Assembly: GCF_902713615.1 (NCBI RefSeq)
Contig: NC_052152.1
Coordinates: forward strand, 52,551,810 to 52,615,809
DNA: 64,000 nucleotides
Direction of reading: 5' to 3'
From: Scyliorhinus canicula
Taxonomy: Eukaryota
Shown here one piece after another: positions 51,020 through 63,400 of this stretch. How positions within the stretch are numbered: the stretch's first letter is position 1; each line of letters begins with the position of its first letter. Made by a program: the position numbers and the translations under genes. The notes beneath the pieces are model-generated. The model was not told where the DNA came from. It did no database searches and saw nothing but the letters and a program-made list of their open reading frames with translations.

Positions 51020-52597
51020 AATGCTGAGCTGGACACCCTCCCGGACGCCGTGGAGGAGAAGTGGATGACCCTATACCCTGGCAGGCGCAGCATGGACACA
51101 GGTGGCAGGGGCTGTTAGCACCTTGGGCAACGTCGTGCGGACTGGCTTGCAGTGCCAGAAGAAACTTCACGACTTCCTCAGGACGATCAGGGCGAACTGG
51201 CTGCTCCGTGCCCCTGGCACTAGCCCTGCCCCCCACACACACCCGTAATCCTGCCCCTCCCCACCCGGGGAACGGCCAAACCATCACCCTACTCCACATG
51301 CCAACATCCATGCCAGTCGCCATGGCCGAGTGCCCTGGTCACTGAGGTCACCATCTACCCAACCCCTGGGGTGCACGCATTGGACCTTCTAACGGTGTTG
51401 TTTGTGTTTGTGCCCCCCCCCCCCCCCCCCTCAGGAGAAGGCCGCACACAACCGCCGGGAGCTAGAGAAGACCGGAGGGGGACCAGCAGAACTGCGACCC
51501 CTCACCATGCCTGAGCAGAGAGCACTGGAAATGGTCGGCGGTCTGGAGGAATGGGAGGTCACCAAAACGGAGTTTGGCAGCGGGCGAGGAAGTGAGACCC
51601 TGCTTAGTTGTGGATCCCTATAACATGTATGTGGATACTCAGCCCCCCCACACCCTGCTCAACCTGCATCCCCCTTAGACCTCACCCCCCTCAGCCCCCT
51701 CAACCCCGCTCCACAACCCCCTGGACTGCTGTCTAATCATACATGTCGTCTTGTATCTTACAGGACCTGCCAGAGAGGGGCCCGGTCCATCTGGAGCCCC
51801 CGGACCCAGCCAATGCCAGAGCCGATGCCCCTGGATGGCTGAGCACTGACGGGGAGAGCAGCCCGAACACCAGCCCTCCGCCCGAGACTCAGGACACCCC
51901 GGACTCGGGTCGGTGGAGACACTGACTTTCCTTCACAGCGGTCTCCAACACCCTCCACCATCTCAGAGACTCACCTCAGTTGGGCACATTAGTGAAAAGC
52001 TCCTGGGACACTATTTGGTGAGCACCACACATTGCATCCGGTATAGCAGGTGGAGGTAGGAGCAGCCGAGGGGCCGGACGGTCAGAGGGCAGGCCCCAGG
52101 AAGCAGCTGCTGTTCAGACGGGTCCCGGGCTTCTGGAACATCCAGTCCCAGCCACAGTGTAGATGCAGTCAGACAGTCAGGGACCACAAGACGGGATGTC
52201 GGTGAGCATCCAGCACTTGCAGGCACAGGTGGAGGAGTCCATCCGCATGCAGGAGCAAGGGGTGGTGCCGGTCATGCGTGCCACCCCGGCCGACATCGCA
52301 CGAGTGGCATCCGCGGTGGAGGCATTGTGGAGACGGCTTTGGCTATGGATCAGCGTGTCCAAGGCCAGGGGCATTCCGTGCAGGCGGTGGCCATAATGGC
52401 AGTCGATGCCTGGGCACCGCCCCAATCGATTAGGTGGGGGCAACCCGGCTGCTCGGCCTATCCCACCCCATCCCCTCCTCATCCCCCTCCCCTCCCCCGG
52501 TCTGTCAGGGGGCCCCCCCCTCACCACAGCCAGCACGGCCAGTGTCCGGGCCGGCAGCCGCAGTCACTCCCCACTATTTCCTACCTCCTCTCTCTCG

Positions 52598-52812
52598 CTG
52601 ATTTCCGGGGTGCCGGAACATCCTGATTTCTGGGGTGTCGGAACATCCTGATTTGGTGACAAACATTTACACCATTTCCGGGGTGCCGGAACATCCTGAT
52701 TTCCGGGGTGCCGGAACATCCTGATTTCCGGGGTGCCGGATAATCCTGATTTCCGGGGTGCCGGAACATCCTGATTTCCGGGGTGCCGGAACATCCTGAT
52801 TTGGTGACAAAC
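52598..52812. repeat. 25-bp minisatellite (GATTTCCGGGGTGCCGGAACATCCT), 2+5 copies
   Basis: Directly visible tandem units, each with a TTCCGG-GGTG-CCGGAA hairpin. Confidence 0.9.
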
Positions 52813-54149
52813 CGCCGCCTACCCCAATTTTGGCGTCGGAAGGTATTCTCCTTCCATTCACATTTCCCAATTTTGGCATTGGCAAGCAGGGAATCCCACC
52901 CTTAGTCTCAGGAACAGAGAATCCGGCTCACTATTTCAATGTTCTTTCCTTTCTTATTTCCAATATTAATAGTTTTTATAGAGAATTTTGATTTGCAGGT
53001 AGGAAGTAAGGTTGGTACAGGACAGCAAGGATCCAGATTTTCCTTGTGGGCTTCTCCTGATCTTCCATACCTTTTAATATGTCATATTTACATATATCAA
53101 TGATACACCTGAGGTCACCAGGCACCTCCCACACCGAAATAAAAGGAGTTGCTTAAAACAGCAGCAGGCAGGAAGGTAGTGAGAATGGGATGGTTAGTTT
53201 CTAGTGATGGCTCTAACCACATGGCTACCCTGTCCCAGGCTCCCATATGTTGTTTGCAATAAAAGTTAGTCAAAGCCAATGTACGGGAAATCTCAGAAAA
53301 TGAAAACAGTTGTTGAACTCGTGAAGCAAATATATACATTTAACACTTCCTAGAGAAATTAATATAAGTGACAAAGAATCTCTCAAATACATTAAAGTAA
53401 AAAGACTTTTAAAAATCCAGGAATATTGAACTGTTGTCTTACGGAAAATATATTAAGGTTGAAGTTACGGACATCATGGAAAAGAACATAAAATGAATTC
53501 TTATCTCTGACTGTAGAAGAGGAACAAGATTATAGAGGAATTGGTGGGTGTTTCATGTTATTCAAAGTAAGGGAAAGGTGTCAGAAATGAATTCAATAGA
53601 TTTCTCTGATAATGTAACTGTGGATACGTGTATGGACTACAATGTGGATGTGGTTTACATATAACTATATATGCTGAGACATCTCTGAAACAAACCTGTA
53701 TTTTTTAAATGAACCATTACCTCAAGTCCAAAATACAGTTCTCTAATTTTGCTGCATGGATGTTTTTTAAAGACAAATAAATAGAGGCATAGAGTAGAAA
53801 AACAAGGGCATTAAGATGAAGCTTTTTTAAACACTGGTCCAATTCCCCCGACTGAGCATTTCTTTTGAGATATTCCCATCGCGGCTTTCACAGAAATGCG
53901 CTACGCAACGTCCGGACTGGAGTAAAATCATGGGAAGACAGGACGCACCCATTTTAACAGCACAATCAGCCATGTGGTAAGTCTAAAGGTCCAGCCTGAA
54001 TGTTAGTGAGTGGGTGAGTGCATAAATGGATGAGTGGATAATCGAGTCCATGGATAGGTAGATAAGGTGGGTTGATGTGAGCTGGCTGGGTGGGGGAGAT
54101 AGTAGTTGGGTGAGGTGGTAGTTTGGTAAGGGGTTATTTGAGTGGTCAG

Positions 54150-57100
54150 TGGTGCAGAGGGCTCACTTCTTCGCCAGACCATTTCTGTACTCCTGCTGCT
54201 GGGCTCACTTCTTGCTGATTAAAGCCTTTCGATTCGGACTACACCGACGTTTCGTATCCATTGATTGTGCATCAATTTAATCAGCAAGATTTTTAAAGGA
54301 TGGAGCTCCGCATCAAGCCAGAGTGTCTTCGACTCAGCCCTCATGCAGCAAATGCAACAGCCACCTTTAAGCACTGGCTGGCTTGCTTCAACAGTTACCT
54401 TAGCAAAGCGGAAAAAGTCCCGACGAAGGAGCAAAAACTGCACATCCTCCACTCGCGCATCGGCACTGCTCATCGAGGACCCGACAGACTACGACGCGGC
54501 TATGGACCCGCTCAAAGGACACTTCATACGGCCGGTAAACCAAGTCTACGCTCGGCACTTACTAGCCACAAGGCAGCAGATACCTGGTGAGTCACTGAAC
54601 GATTTTTACCGTGCCCTCCTTGTGCTGGGGAGGAATTGTGGCTGCCCACAGGTGTCTGACGCTGAGCATACTGAACTCCTAATCCGAGACGCCTTCATTG
54701 CAGGCACGCAGTCCCCACAGATCCGCCAGAGACTGTTGGAAAGAGAAACGTTAAGCCTCACGGAGGTACGGGCCCTCGCCACCTCCCTAGATGTCGCGAA
54801 CCGAAACGCATGCTCGTACGCATCCCGACCGTGCGGCGGCCCCCTGGGCAGCGTGGAACTCAGCATCTCTCTCCCCAACGGACTCGGACTCCCCCCCCCC
54901 CCCCCCCCCACCCCCAGGTCCGCGCCGCAGGGCGTCCCAAAAAACCCGCGGGGCCCCAATGCTATTTTTGCTGCCAGGCGAAGTATCCCCGACAACGTTG
55001 CCCAGCCCGTTCCGCAACCTGCAAGGGCTGCGGGAAGAAAGGCCACTTTGTGGCCGTCTGCCAGGCAAAGGTGGTCGCTGCGGTCCCAGGCAGCGACCGC
55101 GGGACTCCCCCTTCTCTCTCTCCATGGGCCCAGTGCGGCCCGCGGACCTCGCTACCCCCATCCCCCAACGCCACGTGCAATCTCCGGGCGCAGCCATTTT
55201 ACGCCCCCGATGCCACATGCGACCACCAGGCGCCGCCATTTTGGACTTCCGACTCCACGGGCGGCCGACGGTCGCTGCCATCTTGGGTCGGCTCCGAGGA
55301 CCCCGTGGGTGACTACTCCCTGCCTGTTGAAGACTCTGACTATCTGACACGACTCGCTTCAGTCACGCTGGATCAGTCTCGACCCCGCACCCTCTCTACA
55401 GCAACAACGAAGATTTTACTCAACGGCCACGAGACGAACTGCCTGCTGGACTCCGGGAGCACGGAGAGTTTCGTCCACCCCACCACGGTAAGACGCTGCG
55501 CTCTCCCTGTCTACCCGGTTAAGCAAAAAATCGCACTGGCCTCCGGCTCTCACTCAGTACAGATCACGGGGTGCTGCATAGCGGACCTCACGGTCCAGGG
55601 AGGCAGTTTAAAAACTACAGGCTATACATCCTCCCTCACCTCTGCGTGGCAACAGTCCTGGGGTTAGACTTCCAATGTAACCTCCAGAGCCTAACATTTA
55701 AATTCGGTGGCCCCATGCCCCCCCCCCCCCCCCCCCCCCCCCCTCACTGTCTGCAGCCTCGCGATCCTCAAGGTCGATCCCCCATCCTTGTTTGTAAACC
55801 TCACCCCGGATTGCAAACCTGTCGCCACCAGGAGTCGACGGTACAGTGCCCAGGACCGGACTTTCATCAGGTCCGAGGTCCAATGGCTTATGAAGGCAGG
55901 GATCATCGAGGCTAGCAACAGCCCCTGGCGAGCACAAGTTCTGGTGGTAAAGACCGGGGAGAAGAATAGGATGGTCATAGACTACAGTCAGACCATCAAC
56001 AGGTTTATGCAGCTGGACGCGTACCCTCTCCCCCGTATATCCGACCTGGTCAACAAGATCGCGCAGTACAAGGTCTTCTCCACGGTGGACCTCAAGTCCG
56101 CCTACCACCAGCTCCCAACCGCGCGAGCGATCGCAAGTACACTGCGTTCGAAGCGGACGGGCGGCTCTTACCACTTTTTTTTTTTTTTTTATAAATTTAG
56201 ATTACCCAATTATTTTTTCCAATTAAGGGGCAATTTAGCGTGGCCAATCTACCTACTCTGCACATTTTTGGGTTGTGGGGGCGAAACCCACGCAGACACG
56301 GGGAGAATGTGCAAACTCCACACGGACAGTGACCCAGAGCCGGGATCGAACCTGGGACCTCAGCGCCGTGAGGCGGTTGTGCTAACCACTAGGCCACTGC
56401 TAACCACTAGGCCACCTTACCACTTTTTAAGGGTTCCCTTCGGTGACACAAACAGGGTCTCGGTCTTCCAAAGGGAGATGGACCGAATGGTCACCAATAC
56501 GGTTTACGGGCAACTCTCCCGTATCTCGATAATGTCACCATCTGCGACCACGATCAGCAGGACCACAACACCAACCTCCAAATATTCCTCCGAACCGCAA
56601 AACTCCTGAACCTGACCTATAATAAGGAGAAATGCGTGTTTAGCACCAGCCGACTAGCCATCCTCGGCTACGTAGTGCGTAACGGAGTGATAGGCCCCAA
56701 CCCGGAACGCATGCGCCCCCTGATGGAGCTCCCCCTCCCCCACTGCCCCAAAGCCCTCAAGCGCTGTCTTGGTTTTTTCTCATATTATGGCCAGTGGGTC
56801 CCCAATTACGCCGACAAAGCCCGTCCCCTCATCCAATCAGCCATGTTCCCCCTGTCGATGGAAGCCCGCCAGGCCTTTAGCCGCATCAAAGCATATATTG
56901 CAAAGGCCACGATGCGCGCTATCGACGAGTCCCTCCCCTTCCAGATCGAGAGCGGCGCGTCCGATGTAGCTCTGGCAGCCACCCTCAACCAAACGGGCAG
57001 ACCCATGGCCTTCTTCTCCCGTACCCTCCACGCTTCCGAAATCCGCCACTCCTCGGTCTAGAACGAAGCACATGCCATAGTAGAAGCTGTGCGACACTGG

Positions 57101-58966
57101 AGGCACTATCTGGCCGGCAGGAGGTTCACCCTCCTCACAGACCAATGGTCAGTGGCCTTCATGTTCGACAACACACAGAGGGGCAAGATAAAAAACGACA
57201 AGATCTTGCGGTGGAGGATTGAATTGTCCACCTACAATTATGACATCTTGTATCGTCCTGGGAAGCTGGACGAGCCTCCCAATGGACTGTCCCGCGACAC
57301 CTGTGCCAACGCATAAGTGGACCGCCTTCGAACCCTACACGCGGATCTCTGCCACCCGGGGGTCACCCGCTTATTTCACTTTATAAAGACCTGCAGCCTG
57401 CCCTACTCCATCGAGGAGGCCAGGACAGTCACTAGGGAATGCCACATCTGCGCGGAGTGCAAACCGCACATCTACCGCCCCGAAAAATCGCATCTGATGA
57501 AGGTTTCCCGCTCCTTGAACGTCACAGCATGGACTTCAAAGGTCCCCTCCCCTCTACCAACCGCAACGCATACTTCCTCAACGTGAATGACGAGTACTCC
57601 CGCTTCCCATTCGCCATCCCCTTCCCCGATGACCACACCCACCATCATTAAAGCCCTTCACACCATTTTCTCCCTGTTCGGATTCCCTGCTTACATTCAC
57701 AGCGATAGGGGGTCCTCTTTTATGAGTGACGAACTGCGTCAATTCCTGCTCAGCAGGGGCATTGCCTCAAGCAGGACGACCAGTTACAACCCCCGGGGTA
57801 ACGGACAGGTCGAGAGGGATAACGGTACGGTCTGGAAGACCGTCCTGCTGGCCCTACGGTCCAGAAATCTCCTGCTGGTAAGAGGTCCTTCCAGACGCCC
57901 TCCACTCAATCCGGTCACTTCTTTGCATATCCACTAATCAAACGCCTCACGAACGCCTTCTTGTTTTCCCCAGGAAGTCTTCCTCAGGGACCCCGCTCCC
58001 GACTTGGCTGGCTACCTCCGGGCCTATCCTGCTCCGGAAACACGTGCGAGTGTACAAGTCGGACCCGTTGGTTGAGAGGGTCCAGCTGCTCCACGCAAAC
58101 CCGCAGTATGCATACGTGGAGTATCTCGACGGCTGACAGGACACGGTCTCCCTACAGGACCTGGCACGGGATCCCCGCCATCGCCCCTGGCGCCAGCCCC
58201 CCCAACCCCAACTGCTTCCGGCAGTCACTCCCCTCCCTGGCCCGTCGACACCCTTACCCGCGCTGCCTAGAGGACCAGACACCCCTCCCCCGGCCCGGCC
58301 CTCGCCAACTCCAACTAGGGGTACGGACGCAGCCACAAGGGCCGGATTATCGCTCCCGGAGTCACGGACGCCCGCATCTCCAACGTCTCCAGCGAAGCTC
58401 CGCAGGTCGCAGAGGACGTCCAAGGCCCCCAATCGGCTGATTGAGTCTATGTGAACTGTTGATGGAGCCTTTTTTTGTTTGTTCCCTCGTTTTTTTTTCT
58501 CTTAAATCTGTATATAGTTACCGTGTTCTGACATGACCCTGTACATAGTTTTCGGGCCAGTGGGCAGCCACCGTTGGAGAGGTATGATCCGAGATCACTA
58601 GTCATACTACCAGTCTCTTGCCCATTCGCACGGGACACCCCCCCCCCTCTCCATGTCCTCATCCCCCATACACCCCCCACCCTCCCCCCCCCCCCTCCCC
58701 ACCGGTTCCTTTCTCAACAAGGGGTGAATGTGGTAGTATGACTAGGGGTATTACGGTACCTGGGAGTGTGAGCTGCCATTGGTGCAGAGGGCTCGCTGCC
58801 CATTGGCCCAAGTATCGTGTTCTCTGTATTCTCATCGAGAGGAAGGTAGCCCGTGTTCCCCAGCAGCCAGGCCATTTCTGTACTCCTGCTGCTGGGCTCA
58901 CTTCTTGCTGATTAAAGCCTTTCAATTCGGAATACACCTACGTTTCCTGTCCATTGATTGTGCATC
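54150..58966 (+). mobile_element. Gypsy LTR retrotransposon A (degenerate gag-PR-RT-RH-IN; truncated 5' LTR to 54274; 3' LTR 58729-58966)
   Basis: gag with a CCHC-type knuckle (CKGCGKKGHFVAVC), protease LLDSGS, RT motifs PWRAQV/LDAYPLP/VDLKSAYHQ, RNase H, integrase HSDRGSSF...GNGQVER, and PPT AAGGGGTGAA. Multiple frameshifts and stops. Confidence 0.92.
56180..56415 (-). mobile_element. V-SINE inserted in the Gypsy A RT with a 13-bp TSD
   Basis: TSD CTTACCACTTTTT at 56167-56179 and 56416-56428. Confidence 0.9.
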
Positions 58967-59829
58967 CCCTGGTTTAAGCATTGACAAAATACTGACACCA
59001 TCACAAAATGGCTGCGAAATTGGACCAATTGGCTGCCCACTTCCATAAAGTGAGTAGTCAACCTTTCCTGCGTGCCCCTAGGAAAGTTCAGCAGAGGCGG
59101 GGGCACAGCTGACTTGATTGGACTGTTCCCTACTTTTCCAGCTCCCTAACCTCAAACCCCAACTCCATAGGACTGGGAAAATTGAATCTTATGTATCTGT
59201 TTATCAAGCCCGGCTTCTTTAATGCCGCATTAATGACTGTCGCAAGATGCCTGCCACCTTTAACAATATGTGCATCTGTACCCCTCTGGTCCCTCTGCTC
59301 ATGCATCTCTTTAGAATTATATCTAAAATTGTAGAATTGTATATAAAATATTGCCTTTCCTCCTTCTTCTCACCAAAATGAATAATTTGGTATTCTGCAT
59401 TACATTTAATTTGTCACCTGTTTGCCCATTCCTTTCGAAGTCTATCACTGCCATCTTCACGATTCACAATATTCCCAAATATTATCCTCTGATGTGAAAC
59501 TGAGGACAATGGTGTTTCGAAAGACAGGAAGGCATGGAAGATGGCAGAAGAAACCATCGCTCTCTTTTCACTTTTCTCTGTTTAGTGCACTTTTACTAAC
59601 ATTAAACTTAGTTTTTTGAAACCCGTATCTTTGAGAGATTAAAATTGCTGCTTCTAGAATTTTATGTTTCCAATCAAGTTCTAGAATCAGCTATTTTTGG
59701 GGGTCATTTCAGTGGAAACAAAATCACCACTTCAATGAGTAAAACCAGGAGTTATCAGAATATGCAAGTTCAGTTTCAGAAGCTCATGCCTGTTCACATG
59801 TTCCAGAGATACTTCAGTAAGTTTGTATC

Positions 59830-60473
59830 CTGTTTAGATTTAGATTTATTGTCACGTGTACTGAGGTACAGTGGAAAGTATTGTTCTGCGTACAGTCCAC
59901 ACAGATTGTTCCATACATGAAAAACACAGGACATACGATAAATACACAATGAAAATATACTGACATGGACATCGGGTGAAGCATACGGAGTGTAGTGCTA
60001 CACAGTAGAGAAGGTGCGTGGAGAGACCAGTTCAATCCACAAGAGGGTCATTCAGGCGTCTGGTACCAGCTGGGAGGAAGTTGTTTTTGAATCAGTTCTC
60101 AGACTTTTGTATCTCCTGCCCGATGGAAGAGGTTGCAAGAGAGAATAACTCGGGTGGGAGAGTTTTTTGATTACGCTGCCCGCTTTCCCAAGGCACCAGG
60201 AGATGCTGACAGAGTCAATGGATGGGAGGCAGGTTCGCATGATGGACTGGGTGGTGTTCACGACTCTGTGTAGTTTCTTATGCTAGTTGCCATACCAGGT
60301 TACGATACTGCCAGATATGATGCTTTCTACGGTGCATCTGTAAAAATTGGTCAGAGTCAATGTGGACATGCCGAATTTCCTTAGTTTCCTGAGGAAGTAT
60401 AGGCGCTCTTGTGCTTTCTTGGTCGTTGCGTCGACATGGGTGGACCAGGACAGATTGTTGGTGATGTACACAC
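59830..60473 (-). mobile_element. Rex1/Babar-like LINE 3' end, interrupted by Gypsy B
   Basis: ITNNLSWSTHVDATTKKAQERLYFLRKLRKF...FYRCTVES motif and an (AAATCT)n tail. Confidence 0.78.
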
Positions 60474-63400
60474 TGTGGTAGTCACCACTGTTGTATTATA
60501 TTATATATATTGGCATTACAGTAAGGCCCCTGTACTACAGATACGGGGGTAGGTAGATCCCTGCCTGCTGGTTCCGTCCAGTAGGCAGAGTATAAATGTG
60601 TGTGCTCTCCGAACAGCTGCCATTTCACCAGCTGCTGTAGGAGGCCACACATCTCTGTGTAATAAAGCCTCGATTACATCCTACTCTCATCATGTTGTAA
60701 TTGATAGTGCATCAATTTATTACACAGAGACTTTTCAAAGATGGACCTCCACATCAAGCCGGATCGCCTGCAGGTGCATCCTCAAGCAGACAACGCTAAA
60801 AAGGACTTTGAACATTGGCTAGCTTGCTTTGAAGCGTACATCGGATCTGTGACAGACCCAATCTCAGAGGCACAGAAACTCCAGATTCTGTACACACGGC
60901 TGAGCTCCAACGTCTTTCCCCTCATCCAGGACGCGCCTACCTACGCAGAGGCCATGGCGCTACTGAAGGAGAACTACGCTCAGCAGACCAACAAGATCTA
61001 CTCCAGGCACCTCCTGTCCACGCGGCACCAACTTCCCAGTGAGTATGTGGAAAACTTCTGGCGTGCCCTGCTCGTCCTGGCAAGAGATTGTGATTGCCAG
61101 GCCGTTTCAGCCTCTGAACATTCGAACCTGCTAATGAGAGACGCGTTCATTACGGGCATAGGATCGAACTACATCCGCCAGTGCCTCTTAGAAGGGGCCA
61201 CGCTTGACCTTGCGGCGACCAAGAAACTAGAGCTCTCGCTTACGGTCTCCTCACATAACATACAGACTTATGCCCCCGACCGCACGGCCCACCCCTCCTG
61301 TGCATCTTGTACCCTGCCAGCGGCCACCCCATCATGGACCCCATCAGCGACCGCCCCCAGCCAACCCCACACCTGCGCCGCGTGGCAGCCAACCAACCCC
61401 GGGGGACCCAAGCACTACTTGTGCGGACAGATAAAACACCCCCAGCACGCTGCCTGGCACGGAGTGCGCTCTGCAAGGCCTGTGGTAAGAAAGGACATTT
61501 CGCTGCAGTGTGCCAGGCACGCTCAATCTCCGTTATTGTCCCTGGCCCACGTGCGGCCAGTGGGCGCCGCAATTTTCCTCTCCTCAGACCACTTGTGGCC
61601 CGTGGGCGCCGCCATCTTGCTCCACCCACAACACGTGCGGCCCGTGGGTGCCGCCATCTTGCTTGCCTCAGAACCAATGGGCGCCACCATCTTGCCTGCC
61701 CCAGGACACATGCGGCCCGAGGGCGCCGCCATCTTACCCACCTCAGGACCCCTGCCCATCGGGCATCTCATCGGGTCGCTCATCGCCTGCAACCGCCAAT
61801 GACCAGCCGCGTCTCGCCTCCTTCATGATCGACCAGTCTCGACCGCATAACCTCGCGACTGCGTCGACAAAGGTGAAGGTCGACGGGTACGAGATATCCT
61901 GCCTTCTGGACTCCGGGAGCACTAAGAGCTTCATCCACCCCGATACGGTAAGGCGCTGCCCCCTCGCGGTACACCCCGTTAACCAGAGAATCTCCCTGGC
62001 CTCCGGATCCCACTCCGTGGTGATCCGGGGGTACTGCACCGCCACCCTCACCATCCAGGGCGTAGAGTTCAGCGGCTTCCGGCTCTACATCCTCCCCAAC
62101 CTCTGCGCTGCCTTGCTGCTTGGCCTGGACTTCCAGTACAACCTCCAGAGCCTAACCCTGAAATTTGGCGGGCCCCTACCACCCCTTACTGTTTGCGGCC
62201 TCACGACCCTTAAGGACGACCCACCTTCCCTGTTTGCAAACCTCACCCTGGATTGCAAACCCGTCGCCACCAGGAGCAGACGGTACAGCACCCAGGACAG
62301 GACCTTCATCAGGTCTGAGGTCCAGCGGCTTCCGCGGGAAGGCATCATCGATGCCAGCAATGGCCCCTGGAGAGCCCAAGTGGTAGTGGTGAAAACTGGG
62401 GAGAAAAACAGGATGGTCGTTGACTACAGTCCGACCATCAATTGGTACACGCAGGTCGACGCGTACCCACTTCCACGCATATCTGATATAGTCAATCAGA
62501 TTGCACAGTACCGGGTCTTCTCTACAGTGGACCTGAGATCTGCCTACCACTTCATTAAGGCCCGCAATCTGCCCTACTCCATCGAGGAAGTCAGGGTAGC
62601 ACCAGAGACTGCCAGGTCTGCGTGGAGAGCAAACCGTACTTCTACCGGGCATGCCTGGTGAAGGCCTCCTGCCCCTTTGAATGCCTCAGCGTGGACTTCA
62701 AAGAGCCCCTCCCCTCTACCGACTGCAACACGTATTTCCTCAATATGGTCGACGAGTATTCCCGATTCCCCTTCGCTGTCCCATGCCCCGATATGACCCC
62801 CCCTGCCCCCGTCATCCAAAGTCCTCAACACCATCATCGCTCTGTTCGGTTTCCCCTCCTACGTCCACAGCGACCGGGGATCCTCATTTATGAGCGATCA
62901 GCTGCGCCAGTACCTGCTCAACAGGGGGATTGCCTCGAGCAGGACGACCAGCTACAACCCCCGGGGCAGGTGGAGTGGGAGAATGGGATGGTCTGGAGGG
63001 TCATCCAGCTGGCCCTACGGTCCAGAAATCTCCCGGCCTTTCGCTGGCAGGAGGTCCTCCCCGACGCACTTCACTCCATTCGGTCGCTCCTGTGCACTGC
63101 GACTAACGAAACCCACCATGAAAATGAAATGAAATGAACTGAAATGAAATGAAAATTGCTTATTGTCACAAGTAGACTTCAAATGAAATTACTGTGAAAA
63201 GCCCCTAGTCGCCACATTCCAGCACCTATTCGGGGAGGCTGTTACGGGAATTGAAATGTGCTGCTGGCCTGCCTTGGTCTGTTTTCAAAGCCAGCGATTT
63301 AGCCCTGTGCTAAACAGCCCCTTTGAACGACTCTTTGCCTTCCCCAGGAATTCCACCTCCGGGGTTTCGCTCCCAACGTGGCTGGCAGTACCAGGACCCA

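Larger units (their letters stand above)
47131..52929. mobile_element. Composite of nested, degenerate PIF/Harbinger elements (nuclease + at ~48140-49020; Myb-like gene - at ~49300-50600; second Myb-like gene + at ~51020-52390)
   Basis: TIR GGGCGGGATTCTCC at 47131; NRKGFYSMNMQLVCDH and DKGYPL nuclease motifs; AELDTLPDAVEE and EKAAHNRRELEKTGGG Myb-like motifs; TIR-like ends at ~52901 and ~52929. Confidence 0.78.

Noticed and set aside
50479-51323. Poly-Pro/poly-Gly ORFs
   Set aside because: Translation artefacts of the G/C low-complexity tract.
52598-52812. Palindromic 25-bp repeats resembling a CRISPR array
   Set aside because: The units are head-to-tail with no unique spacers, there are no cas genes, and the context is a eukaryotic TE.
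39928-54100. Promoter or first non-coding exon of the IGSF3-like gene
   Set aside because: Several weak donor- and acceptor-like sites exist but none can be supported without transcript data. The CpG-rich patches here are TE-derived.
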